IMG/VR virus record: IMGVR_UViG_3300010049_000009
Location: 160,001-224,000 of that record
Source of the DNA: a virus
Lineage: Duplodnaviria; Heunggongvirae; Uroviricota; Caudoviricetes
Reading direction: 5' to 3' (one strand)
Length of the DNA stretch: 64,000 bases
Positions within the stretch are counted from its first letter, which is position 1. Each line of letters starts with the position of its first letter. The translations under genes were made by a program, and so were the position numbers. Of this stretch, positions 19,975-29,212 are shown one piece after another. Under the pieces are notes generated by a model. The model had not been told where the DNA came from. It saw only the letters and a program-made list of their open reading frames with translations, and made no database searches.

Positions 19975-20482
19975 AAACAGATTCATCAATAGCACTACCT
20001 TTTATGTTTCTATAAAATCTTTTATATCCAAACATTGTTTCGGTGTTGCTGAAATTCGCTTTACCATCATCAAACACTTCAAAGAATATCAATGTTTTAT
20101 TATCAGCAATAACCCCAACAAGGTCGCCATACTTAATATCACATTTGTATTCTTTTAGTGTTTCTTCAAATACCGAAAACGTAATATTACCAACTTGTTT
20201 ATATCGGGCGTTTTTAGATTTTGTATATGCTTCGTTTGTGCTTTTATCAATTTTGTATCTACAAGGTAATTCAATGGGGGATTTGTATTTGATTTGTTCA
20301 GCTTGTGTTTCACCGTATAAATCGTCAGTGTTGGTTCTAATATAATCAACCTGATACAAAATAACCTTTTGGTTTATATGTGTTTCAGTATAATCCCTTG
20401 CCCATTCCGAAAACATTTGAAACATACTTTCGTCAAAGTGTAGGGAATTTCGTGTAATAGGATATTTACCCCCCGTTTGCAT
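19964..20482 (-). CDS. putative neck/head-completion protein
   Basis: VILYQVD...TDDLYGE...PIELPC...GDLV pattern resembles T4 gp14-like neck proteins; lies in a late unit. Confidence 0.45.
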   Translation of the reverse strand: MQTGGKYPITRNSLHFDESMFQMFSEWARDYTETHINQKVILYQVDYIRTNTDDLYGETQAEQIKYKSPIELPCRYKIDKSTNEAYTKSKNARYKQVGNITFSVFEETLKEYKCDIKYGDLVGVIADNKTLIFFEVFDDGKANFSNTETMFGYKRFYRNIKGSAIDESVFNG

Positions 20483-20496
20483 AATTGTAAAAAGTA

Positions 20497-21642
20497 TTAT
20501 TGGTTACAATATTCGTCAAGATATTCTTCTTTAATACTATCAAAAAGTATTACAAATGAATCTTGAATACGCTCTGGCACTTGTGATTGGCGCAACTGCA
20601 TTTCCCCATTTGTGGTTACAGTTATTTGAACACGACTTAAATTAGTATATGATGTTCCGTGCATAGAAGTCAACCAAACAGCAACCTCTCTTTTTAACCT
20701 AATTGGAAGAAAACCAATTGATGCTATATTACCAACAGGAACAACCGCGTTGAAATTACAATTAACCATTATGGTTTTATTTTCAATTTTCCAATAAATT
20801 GTGCCGGACATTCCTGTTGTATCAACTCGACCTTCCATTGAAATATTGGTTGGAAACCCCTCTATTTCTACAAGATCACCTAAAGACGTTCTGACCGTTA
20901 AAACACCCCTACACCTATCAAAATCCATATCTCTAAAACCATGAACCGCTTGGGATATATCAATAATAACTTTATCTTCGGTTTCAACGCTATACGGTAA
21001 CTCTATTATACCTTCGGGTGTTGCTTCATATTCTCCTGGTGCAACATACCTATCGGTGTTGTTATTATATTTACTAAGGTCGGCGGTAAATGTATTACCA
21101 TCACTATCAAGTATTGTTAAAAGGTCGGTTTCTTCACCGGTTTCTTCATCTATATCAAAACTAAAATCTTCAATTACTGTATTCTGTGTGAATGGTGCGG
21201 TGGATATTTCAAAAACTTCTTCTTCAAATTCTTCACCTTCACAAACTTTTGAGTTCTGTTGTTTTAACACCAACATACCTTCCATTTCACCTTCTTCGTT
21301 TTCTCTCTCAATGTGTTCAAATCCGATTATCTTGGTATCGTCAGTGTTATTTATCTTACAACCATTACCACTAAGTTCATCAACTTGCATAGAACCGGCA
21401 GATAAATGACATTCAACATGAACATTACCCTTTAATTCAGTCATTAACGGATTATCTTCACATTCTTCTTCACCTGTTAATGGTACACAAGGGTCGGGAA
21501 GAAACACCACTCTTGGGTTTCCACAATTATCCACCAACATCCCTGTTTTCATATATCTAGACGCAGTCAAATGCCCCCAATCAACCTCATTGTCCATAAG
21601 AGGAAGTCTTACGTTTATATGTTTTGAGCAGTTTCTCTTCAT
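20497..21642 (-). CDS. acidic putative virion protein
   Basis: 381 aa with CTATTTATA 19 nt upstream. Confidence 0.55.
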   Translation of the reverse strand: MKRNCSKHINVRLPLMDNEVDWGHLTASRYMKTGMLVDNCGNPRVVFLPDPCVPLTGEEECEDNPLMTELKGNVHVECHLSAGSMQVDELSGNGCKINNTDDTKIIGFEHIERENEEGEMEGMLVLKQQNSKVCEGEEFEEEVFEISTAPFTQNTVIEDFSFDIDEETGEETDLLTILDSDGNTFTADLSKYNNNTDRYVAPGEYEATPEGIIELPYSVETEDKVIIDISQAVHGFRDMDFDRCRGVLTVRTSLGDLVEIEGFPTNISMEGRVDTTGMSGTIYWKIENKTIMVNCNFNAVVPVGNIASIGFLPIRLKREVAVWLTSMHGTSYTNLSRVQITVTTNGEMQLRQSQVPERIQDSFVILFDSIKEEYLDEYCNQ

Positions 21643-21661
21643 TATCGTTTTTTTATTTTAT

Positions 21662-21670
21662 TATAAATAG
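21662..21670 (-). promoter_or_regulatory. putative late promoter CTATTTATA
   Basis: recurrent motif on the coding strand. Confidence 0.7.
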
Positions 21671-21721
21671 GTTTCTAAAATATTTCTATTTATATCTAAT
21701 TGTATTATGAGTATATTTGTA

Positions 21722-21799
21722 ATATAATTTAGTTGAGTTCACTTCTCATTCGAGTAGAGGAAATCGAAAAACGCATAGGCAAGATTCTATGCGTTTTTT
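21722..21799 (+). ncRNA. candidate small RNA or attenuator leader
   Basis: TATATTTG (-7-like, 21712-21719) and a CTATTTATA copy (21686-21694), then about 75 nt with no sense-strand ORF ending in the hairpin aaaaacgcatag/ctatgcgttttt. Confidence 0.35.
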
Positions 21800-21845
21800 G
21801 TTTTCCGAATAAAGATATGTAGATTTATAGTAAAATCTAAATTTC

Positions 21846-22325
21846 ATGAAAGCATTAACGATAAAATCACCGTGGGCGTTTTTGATTGCCTGTGGAGTTA
21901 AAAATATAGAAAACCGTACTTGGAAAACCAATTTTAGAGGTAGAATTTTTATTCATCAATCTAAAAACGGTATTGAGGTAAAAGATCGTGGGTTTCCTTT
22001 TTCAAGTGAACAATTGAAAGTATTAGTTTCTTTAATAGGAAAACCACCACGTGAATATAATAACTTTAATGATATAGAATGGTTAAAATTTTTTGTAAAT
22101 GGTGGTAAAAAAAATCGCAATTCAGCAATTATTGGTTCGGTTGATATAGTTGACTGCGTTATTGGTTCACCCAAAAACGGCGTGTGGGCGGAATATACTG
22201 AATATGATGACGAAAAACCCATCTACAATTGGATTTTAGCAAACCCGAAATTATATAAAAATCCCATTATGGATATTAAGGGAAGTTTATCTTTGTGGGA
22301 ACTTAATATGGAGGAACCGGAATGA
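21846..22325 (+). CDS. ASCH domain protein
   Basis: MKALTIKSPWAFLIACGVKNIENRTW..FRGRIFIH, IIGSV, KGSLSLW. Confidence 0.9.
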   Translation: MKALTIKSPWAFLIACGVKNIENRTWKTNFRGRIFIHQSKNGIEVKDRGFPFSSEQLKVLVSLIGKPPREYNNFNDIEWLKFFVNGGKKNRNSAIIGSVDIVDCVIGSPKNGVWAEYTEYDDEKPIYNWILANPKLYKNPIMDIKGSLSLWELNMEEPE

Positions 22326-23146
22326 CATTAAATAAAAACAAATGGGGAGAGGTAAATAACCGAAAAGATGTTATTGAGTTGAGAGAATATATCACAAATT
22401 CTTTCAAGAACTTAACATTTAAGGAAGATACCCACCAATACTTTCTCAACGGCAAAGAACTAAAATCGGTGTCAAAAATAGTTGAAAAGTTTACCCCCAA
22501 GTTTGATGCAAAAGCACAAGCACAGCGTTGTTATGAAAAATATTATAACAACGAAAATTCAAAATATTATGGAAAAACTCCCAAGCAAATACTGAAAGAG
22601 TGGCAATCAATCAGCAAAAAGGCATGTGATATTGGACACGAAAAACATTCTTATAATGAAATCTTATTTGATTTTTACACAGGAAAAATCGAAGAGGTCG
22701 TATTACCGGAAATAGGTGATTATATGGGTTGGAACAGTGTTAAGTTTTGGGAAGATTTACCTGCTTGTTATATCCCAATATTGAGCGAATGTCGGGTGTA
22801 TGACGAAATGTTAAAATATTCGGGTACTTTTGACTTACTATGTGCTTGGGATAGACCACATATACCGCTTATAGAATCTTTGGTTCTAATGGATTTTAAA
22901 ACTAATAGAGATTTATTTAAGAATTTCAACGATCAAAGAATGTTACACCCATTTGAAGACATGCGAGATTCACCGGCGGAAGGTATGTACCCATTACAGT
23001 TATCATTATATCAAATACCATTAGAACGGATTGGTTGTAAAGTATTGGATAGAGTGTTAATTTATTTAAACGAGAGTGAAGATTGTTATGGTAAATATAA
23101 AATGGATAACCATACAGAAAGATTAAAAAATATACTTAAAAAATAA
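22322..23146 (+). CDS. PD-(D/E)XK exonuclease-like protein
   Basis: HQYF...SVS, GHEKH, SECRV, SGTFDLL, LMDFKT, YPLQLSLY. Confidence 0.8.
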   Translation: MTLNKNKWGEVNNRKDVIELREYITNSFKNLTFKEDTHQYFLNGKELKSVSKIVEKFTPKFDAKAQAQRCYEKYYNNENSKYYGKTPKQILKEWQSISKKACDIGHEKHSYNEILFDFYTGKIEEVVLPEIGDYMGWNSVKFWEDLPACYIPILSECRVYDEMLKYSGTFDLLCAWDRPHIPLIESLVLMDFKTNRDLFKNFNDQRMLHPFEDMRDSPAEGMYPLQLSLYQIPLERIGCKVLDRVLIYLNESEDCYGKYKMDNHTERLKNILKK

Positions 23147-23150
23147 AATC

Positions 23151-23972
23151 ATGTTAATAGGTGTTAGTGGGCTTATAGGTAGTGGTAAAGATGCAACCGC
23201 AAAATGTATTCAAGCGTTGGATTGTTGGTATAATCAGTATGGAAATAAAATGGTAGAATTTGAGAATTATACTGATATTCAATTCTGTAAAGACGTGTTG
23301 GAAGATAAAGTATTTAGTGGATGTGATGTTATTCACACTTCATGGTCTATCAAAAAATACGCCACCAAATTAAAACAAGTGGCATCAATATTATTAGACT
23401 GTAATGTTGAAGATTTTGAAAGAATAGAATTTAAAAATTCGTTATTACCTCGTGAATGGCAGGTCGAAGGTGAACCACCACGAACATATCGCCATTTGTT
23501 ACAAACAATAGGAACAAACTGTATTCGTAATCATTATAACGAAAAGGCGTGGATATTATCAATGTTCAACACATATAAACGAACACTAATACCATATCCC
23601 GAAGGTGAATATAATGTTGAATGTGAAATCTGTGGTGAAAGAGAGCAGGATGTTGACAAGCGTATGATATTGTGTAGAAAGTGTTATGTAGAGCGTCAAT
23701 ATCCCGATTGGGTAATATCCGATGCAAGATATTTCAATGAAATCGATGCTATAAAAGAACGTGGTGGTTATATGATTAGAGTGGATAGAGGGCAGGATGC
23801 TTACCAAAACCACAACCCCCTCAGTGCGGGTTTAACCGCAAACCATACAAGCGAATTGGAATGGCAACAATTTAATGGGTGGGATTACGTTATTGATAAC
23901 AATGGAACACTTGAAGACTTGATAATGAAAGTTAAAAATATTATGGTAGAACTTGAATTAATAAAAATATAA
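23151..23972 (+). CDS. deoxynucleoside monophosphate kinase with zinc-finger insertion
   Basis: IGVSGLIGSGKD P-loop, LQTIGT, WVISDARYFNE, HTSE, IDNNGT. Confidence 0.85.
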   Translation: MLIGVSGLIGSGKDATAKCIQALDCWYNQYGNKMVEFENYTDIQFCKDVLEDKVFSGCDVIHTSWSIKKYATKLKQVASILLDCNVEDFERIEFKNSLLPREWQVEGEPPRTYRHLLQTIGTNCIRNHYNEKAWILSMFNTYKRTLIPYPEGEYNVECEICGEREQDVDKRMILCRKCYVERQYPDWVISDARYFNEIDAIKERGGYMIRVDRGQDAYQNHNPLSAGLTANHTSELEWQQFNGWDYVIDNNGTLEDLIMKVKNIMVELELIKI

Positions 23973-23977
23973 GTGAT

Positions 23978-24256
23978 ATGGAAACAAATAAGAAAAAGTT
24001 GATTAAATATGCACTCCTCAATCACATAAAAACATATTTGAGGTATTATGTGCCGAAAGAAAATATTAAAAAGGAAGAAGATAAACTTTTTGCTGCGTTA
24101 AAAGACTTGTTTGATAACGTTCCATTGGAACAAATGGGTGACACCCAAAAGTTCTGTGGAAACGGTCGATGGAATTTCTTGTTTCGTAAAACCCGAAAGA
24201 CTTGGGGTGAAACAATGCTTGATGATATACATGAAATAATAGTTAGTAGATTATGA
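23978..24256 (+). CDS. hypothetical protein
   Basis: 92-aa ORF in the run. Confidence 0.6.
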   Translation: METNKKKLIKYALLNHIKTYLRYYVPKENIKKEEDKLFAALKDLFDNVPLEQMGDTQKFCGNGRWNFLFRKTRKTWGETMLDDIHEIIVSRL

Positions 24257-24657
24257 CCCAAGCAATGAGAGAACATTTTTTAGCAATAGATTTGCTGAAT
24301 ATTAAGGACAATATAATGTCTTTATTAGATATTTGTAATGATATTGAACTAATATCTTACTATCGTTATCCTTCCTGTGTTAGAAATGTAATATTATCAA
24401 CACAAATTGAAGGCGAAGAGGAAGAAGTGTGGTTAAACATATTTGGGGAAAAAATTATAAATTTACTTCCTCAATATAGTGTAATGTTTGATAACAAGAT
24501 AGTAGTTGAATTTAAACCCAAAACCAAGCGTGGTAAAAAAGGCGAAATATTAACCTCACTGTTTTTTGCCCACAAGGATAATCATTATTATATTGGATTA
24601 ACCGCCGAAAACAAAGACGGTATTCCACCAATAAAGTTGAAGAAAATAAAAAAATAA
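24253..24657 (+). CDS. hypothetical protein
   Basis: 134-aa ORF with ATGA overlap. Confidence 0.6.
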   Translation: MTQAMREHFLAIDLLNIKDNIMSLLDICNDIELISYYRYPSCVRNVILSTQIEGEEEEVWLNIFGEKIINLLPQYSVMFDNKIVVEFKPKTKRGKKGEILTSLFFAHKDNHYYIGLTAENKDGIPPIKLKKIKK

Positions 24658-24662
24658 CTGAT

Positions 24663-26831
24663 ATGATAGAATTAAAAGATATTAAGGATTTTATTAATAA
24701 TAAGAGAAAATTTGAAATAATAACCACAAGTGAACAACTAAACGAAATATCCAACAAATTAAAGTTGGAATTTATCGGTATTGATAAACAAATTGATGAG
24801 TTAATCAATGCAGTTAAACCTTGGTTATTTTTCAAAGATTCTTTAGAAAAACCATTAGTGGTTAATTTAGTTGGATTAACCGGTTGTGGAAAAACAGCAT
24901 TAGTTAATAGGTTAATATCGTTATTGGGGTTGGAATTTTATTGTCATACTGTTAATGGTTCAGATTTAAACGAAGAAAAAGCACTGAATTTTCTTCTATA
25001 TGACCACAACAGACATATTGACCACCCAATTATAATTTTAGATGAATTTCAAAATTACAAAGCAAAAGACAGTGACGGTGAAATAGATTCCTATAAATCC
25101 GGCTTGTGGTTGTTTATGGATACCGGACTATTGAAATATGACGGTAGAATTGAAACGTATGACGATAATGAAGGGGTGTCGGCAGCAGTGCGAATATTTA
25201 GATCGCTACTGTATTTAAAGAACAAAACATATAAAAACCTTTCATTTTCTTTATCCGAAGAGGAATATAAACGATTTGAAAACTACCACAATGATGTGGG
25301 TGAAGATGTTGAAAATAATAGGTCCAAATTGGTGGATATTGGTACAAACAAAATGTATGTTAGTATATCAGACGAAATAATATTGGATTTATTAGGGTGC
25401 TGCGATATTAGACCAAGTCAAACCAGCAGCAAACAAACTATATTCACTTTCAAACAAGGTTTTATTGACAATGTTGCTAAAATAATAAAGTTGTATGGAT
25501 TGGACACAATCATTAATCTAAATACATTGTACGAGGATATGTCCGAAATGTTGATTGGTGATATTACCGATTTTCTCACAACACTTCGGAATGACCTTAT
25601 CAATGGTTCAAAAAAACCACAAGTAAATTATAAACGTAGTTTGATATTCGTTCTTCTCAATTTGGATGAAGCGTATCACGGTATGCACTCGGATTTCAGT
25701 GCCGATATATCCGCTGACGAATTTAATAAAATATCCAAAAAAATATCTATCGTTGAAGTCAAAGAAGCACTAATGGATAGATATAGAGCAGAACACGTTT
25801 CAAGATTGGGTAATACATTCATAATTTATCCCTCATTAGATTCTAAATCATATAAAATTATTATTCGGAATATTCTTAATAGTTATTCGGAGTACATTCA
25901 AAAAACATATAACATAGAATTGAAGTTCGATAAATCTATTCATTCAATTGTGTATAGAGAAAACGTGTTTCCAACACTTGGGGTTAGACCATTACAGACA
26001 GGTATTAATGACTTGATTAAGTCAAATTTTGCCAATACGTTATTACACAAAAACGTTAATGAAATATATTGTGATACTATTGAATATTCGTATAAGAATA
26101 AAAAAATATTAGTTTCATTTTATGAGAATGGTAGTTTGGTTGGAAATACTGAACATAAAATTCACCTACGTTTAGAAAGTTTACGAAATAACAAGGGTAA
26201 TGATTTACAAACATTAACCGCCATACACGAAGCCGGACATGCTGTTGCTATGGTCGCCCTATTCAATAAACTTCCCATACAAGTTTTGTCTGTTACAACC
26301 GATCCTGTTAATAGTGGTTTCACGCTTGATCGTATCGAAGAAGATTCTATAACAAACAGAGATATTATTGATAAGAAAATTAGCGTTTCGCTTGCGGGTA
26401 GAGCAGCAGAAATTATTGTTTTTGGTGATGAATTAATTAGTACGGGTGCATCGAGTGATTTAGAGTATGCAACCGGTTTAGTGATTAGGTCGTATAGAAA
26501 ATGGAATTTGAAAGGTCGGTTAGGTGTTTTTACATTAGCAGAAGATGATGATAGTCTAATGAAGGAACATAGTGATTACGATACACAAAAAGACGCGGTT
26601 CTTGAATTGAGAAGAATTATGCAAAATACCGTTGCGTTGTTGGAAAAACATAAACCACTTTTATTACAAATTGGTAAATATTTGACAACACATACTTCGA
26701 TATCCCAGACCAAGTTGAGGGAACATATCAGAAAGTATTCAGATATTGATGTTAATACCTTGTTATCTATAAATGAAAAAACAAATTATGGGTATACGAA
26801 AAAATTAAATAAGGTCTTGAATGAGATTTAA
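24663..26831 (+). CDS. soluble AAA+ ATPase fused to a peptidase M41 (FtsH-type) domain
   Basis: Walker A GLTGCGKT, Walker B IILDEF, Clp-like GVRPL, C-terminal AIHEAGH, LAGRAAE, GASSDL; no TM segments. Confidence 0.8.
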   Translation: MIELKDIKDFINNKRKFEIITTSEQLNEISNKLKLEFIGIDKQIDELINAVKPWLFFKDSLEKPLVVNLVGLTGCGKTALVNRLISLLGLEFYCHTVNGSDLNEEKALNFLLYDHNRHIDHPIIILDEFQNYKAKDSDGEIDSYKSGLWLFMDTGLLKYDGRIETYDDNEGVSAAVRIFRSLLYLKNKTYKNLSFSLSEEEYKRFENYHNDVGEDVENNRSKLVDIGTNKMYVSISDEIILDLLGCCDIRPSQTSSKQTIFTFKQGFIDNVAKIIKLYGLDTIINLNTLYEDMSEMLIGDITDFLTTLRNDLINGSKKPQVNYKRSLIFVLLNLDEAYHGMHSDFSADISADEFNKISKKISIVEVKEALMDRYRAEHVSRLGNTFIIYPSLDSKSYKIIIRNILNSYSEYIQKTYNIELKFDKSIHSIVYRENVFPTLGVRPLQTGINDLIKSNFANTLLHKNVNEIYCDTIEYSYKNKKILVSFYENGSLVGNTEHKIHLRLESLRNNKGNDLQTLTAIHEAGHAVAMVALFNKLPIQVLSVTTDPVNSGFTLDRIEEDSITNRDIIDKKISVSLAGRAAEIIVFGDELISTGASSDLEYATGLVIRSYRKWNLKGRLGVFTLAEDDDSLMKEHSDYDTQKDAVLELRRIMQNTVALLEKHKPLLLQIGKYLTTHTSISQTKLREHIRKYSDIDVNTLLSINEKTNYGYTKKLNKVLNEI

Positions 26832-28060
26832 CCCTCATTAAAAGATACAACCTGACTAACAATTTCAGGGAGAGTACAGGTGACACCTAATGATACGGTG
26901 TCACTTATTATATCCGGTATTTCGCAACTAACAAATCCAATAGAGATACTATCACTTATAATATCAGGTAGAATACAATCATAAATGTTCTTGGGTATTT
27001 CACAACAAACTATTTCTGCGTTGAAACGAATTTTGGCGGGTGCGTAGTTATCCCACTTCTTGAAATGAATTTCCACCTTTTCATGTTCATACAATCTAAA
27101 ACCATTACCACAAACATTGATAGATTCGTCATTACGTTTTAAAGTAAATGAGCGAATATTGTCGGTTGAAACGGAGTGTACATACAAATTTTCATCTAAT
27201 CTGAATTTAGCGTAACTTCGAGAATTAACAGGAAAATCCACAACCAAATCCACCTTACCAGGACAACAATCATCTTCTACAATGGTGGCGCACGGTTTGT
27301 ATTTCGCTTCGGTATCCACTGACACCAAAACTCTGTTTTGCAATCGTTCTCTTTTAAAATCAGATTCTTGTAAAATATATGCTTTTACAAGTATTTCGTA
27401 GTTTTGAAGATAATATCTTCTTGTTTCTAAATCCGTTTTAGTTTCGTCACCAACCTTTTCCAATTCCATTGACACATAATAAGTGTCTTTAACACGAAGA
27501 TATGCTTGTAATGCTTTAAACCTATCAAGTATCATTGTGTTGAACTTATTTACTGTTTCCATTTTCACACTAAAAATAGATACAGTGTATTTAAGATCAA
27601 TCGCAACAGGTTGTTTCATTGAGATAACATCATACCCTTCAACACCGTTTTCAACGATTGGAATATAACAAACAGGAAATGTTGATTCACCGGGAATGTT
27701 AAATATTTTTCCGTGTATTGTTCCTTGTTGTGGTGCTAATTCTCGTGATATGGTTTTGAACGACAACAACATTTCACCTTCGCTATTTGTTATTTTCCAA
27801 TTCTTACCAAAATCACTAAGTCTTTGTATTGACAATAAAAATTGAGTTGGTACAAGTTGTTTGTTATACACTATCTGCAACTCACGCTCAACCCACTCCT
27901 TGAAACTTGCGTCAATATCTTCCACCGACATAAGTTTGGGATTATACGCTTGGTCAAGAAATGCTTCGAGTGCTAATTTTTTACGCCACGGTTCACCAAA
28001 ACTATGTGGGTAATCCCCACGTGTTGGATTTATATTATTTTTACCACCATTTATGAACAT
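26828..28060 (-). CDS. putative tail completion / sheath terminator protein (gp15-like)
   Basis: EDIDASFKEWV, QPVAIDLKYTVSIF...NKFN pattern; late motif upstream. Confidence 0.5.
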   Translation of the reverse strand: MFINGGKNNINPTRGDYPHSFGEPWRKKLALEAFLDQAYNPKLMSVEDIDASFKEWVERELQIVYNKQLVPTQFLLSIQRLSDFGKNWKITNSEGEMLLSFKTISRELAPQQGTIHGKIFNIPGESTFPVCYIPIVENGVEGYDVISMKQPVAIDLKYTVSIFSVKMETVNKFNTMILDRFKALQAYLRVKDTYYVSMELEKVGDETKTDLETRRYYLQNYEILVKAYILQESDFKRERLQNRVLVSVDTEAKYKPCATIVEDDCCPGKVDLVVDFPVNSRSYAKFRLDENLYVHSVSTDNIRSFTLKRNDESINVCGNGFRLYEHEKVEIHFKKWDNYAPAKIRFNAEIVCCEIPKNIYDCILPDIISDSISIGFVSCEIPDIISDTVSLGVTCTLPEIVSQVVSFNEG

Positions 28061-28076
28061 CTACAAATTAGTTTTC

Positions 28077-28085
28077 TATAAATAG
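28077..28085 (-). promoter_or_regulatory. putative late promoter CTATTTATA
   Basis: 16 nt upstream of the ATG at 28060. Confidence 0.7.
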
Positions 28086-28104
28086 AAAAAATATAGTTTA
28101 TTGT

Positions 28105-28126
28105 AGGATCGGATTAATAAATGTAA
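28105..28126 (+). promoter_or_regulatory. AGGATCGGA...TGTAA intergenic motif (copy 2)
   Basis: upstream of the SpoVK-like ATPase. Confidence 0.5.
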
Positions 28127-28180
28127 ATTATATTGTTTTGATATAGAATTTTGTGTATATTAAATTTAAAAAATAAATAT

Positions 28181-29152
28181 ATGAAGCAGGAATATAAAGA
28201 TATGATTGAAAGATCAAATGATATGAATAGACGCTTGGATAAGTTATTGGAGGAACAAAAAGATAGAGGTAAAATGCTTGAGGAAATGGAAAGGGAAATG
28301 GATGAAATCGAAGAACTAATAGATACCTCAACAGAAAAACCAATAAAGATTATTATTCAAAACCCACAAGAACTACAAGAATTAATAGGACTTGAAAGTG
28401 TTAAATCTGAAATAAACACATTATCAAACTTTATTAAAATACAACAGATGAGAAAAGAAAGGGGTTTAAAATCTTCTAATCTTAATTATCATTGTGTTTT
28501 TACAGGTAATCCTGGAACAGGAAAAACCACTGTCGGAAGGATTGTTGGTTCGATTTTCAAAGAATTGGGAATACTAAAAAGTGGGCATCTTGTGGAAACA
28601 GACCGTTCAGGTTTGGTTGGTGAATATGTTGGACACACTGCGGTAAAAACCAATAAAATTATTGATAGCGCATTGGATGGTGTTTTGTTCATTGACGAAG
28701 CATATTCTTTGATTTCGGGTGGTCAAAATGATTTTGGAAAAGAAGCAATCGCAACGCTATTGAAACGTATGGAAGATGATAGAGATAGATTAGTGGTTAT
28801 TCTTGCAGGTTACACTGACGAAATGAAAATTTTTATCAACTCCAATCCTGGATTAGAATCACGATTCAACAGATACATTGAATTTGAAGATTATTCTGTT
28901 GAAGAATTATATCGAATTTTTGAAACAAATGTTAAAAATTTTGAATATCATTTGGATAAGAATGTTGATAATATTTTGAAGAAACATTTTCAACAAGTAA
29001 TTGAAAATAAAGACCGCAATTTTGGTAATGCTCGTTTTGTAAGAAATTTCTTTGAAAAAACATTAGAACAACAATCTAATCGTTTAGCAAAAGAAACAGA
29101 CTTTACAGTTGAAAAACTATCTAAAATTTTAACAATAGACCTCTTAATATGA
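28181..29152 (+). CDS. SpoVK/CbbX-family AAA+ ATPase
   Basis: LIGLESVK, HCVFTGNPGTGKTTV, LVGEYVGHTA, LFIDEAY, NPGLESRF, FGNARFVRN. Confidence 0.9.
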   Translation: MKQEYKDMIERSNDMNRRLDKLLEEQKDRGKMLEEMEREMDEIEELIDTSTEKPIKIIIQNPQELQELIGLESVKSEINTLSNFIKIQQMRKERGLKSSNLNYHCVFTGNPGTGKTTVGRIVGSIFKELGILKSGHLVETDRSGLVGEYVGHTAVKTNKIIDSALDGVLFIDEAYSLISGGQNDFGKEAIATLLKRMEDDRDRLVVILAGYTDEMKIFINSNPGLESRFNRYIEFEDYSVEELYRIFETNVKNFEYHLDKNVDNILKKHFQQVIENKDRNFGNARFVRNFFEKTLEQQSNRLAKETDFTVEKLSKILTIDLLI

Positions 29153-29160
29153 AAATAAAA

Positions 29161-29197
29161 AAAAAACCTATTTACCACATTGTAAATAGGTTTTTTT
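29161..29197. terminator. bidirectional intrinsic terminator
   Basis: aaaaaacctatttac/gtaaataggtttttt between convergent genes. Confidence 0.85.
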
Positions 29198-29212
29198 ATA
29201 AACTTTCATTTT

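Noticed and set aside
22322-23146. Cas4 or a CRISPR adaptation module
   Set aside because: The PD-(D/E)XK core is present, but the C-terminal Fe-S cysteine cluster and any cas context are missing; it is a generic phage exonuclease.
29167-29190. CTATTTAC / GTAAATAG as late-promoter copies
   Set aside because: They are the two arms of the terminator hairpin between convergent genes and do not precede a start codon.
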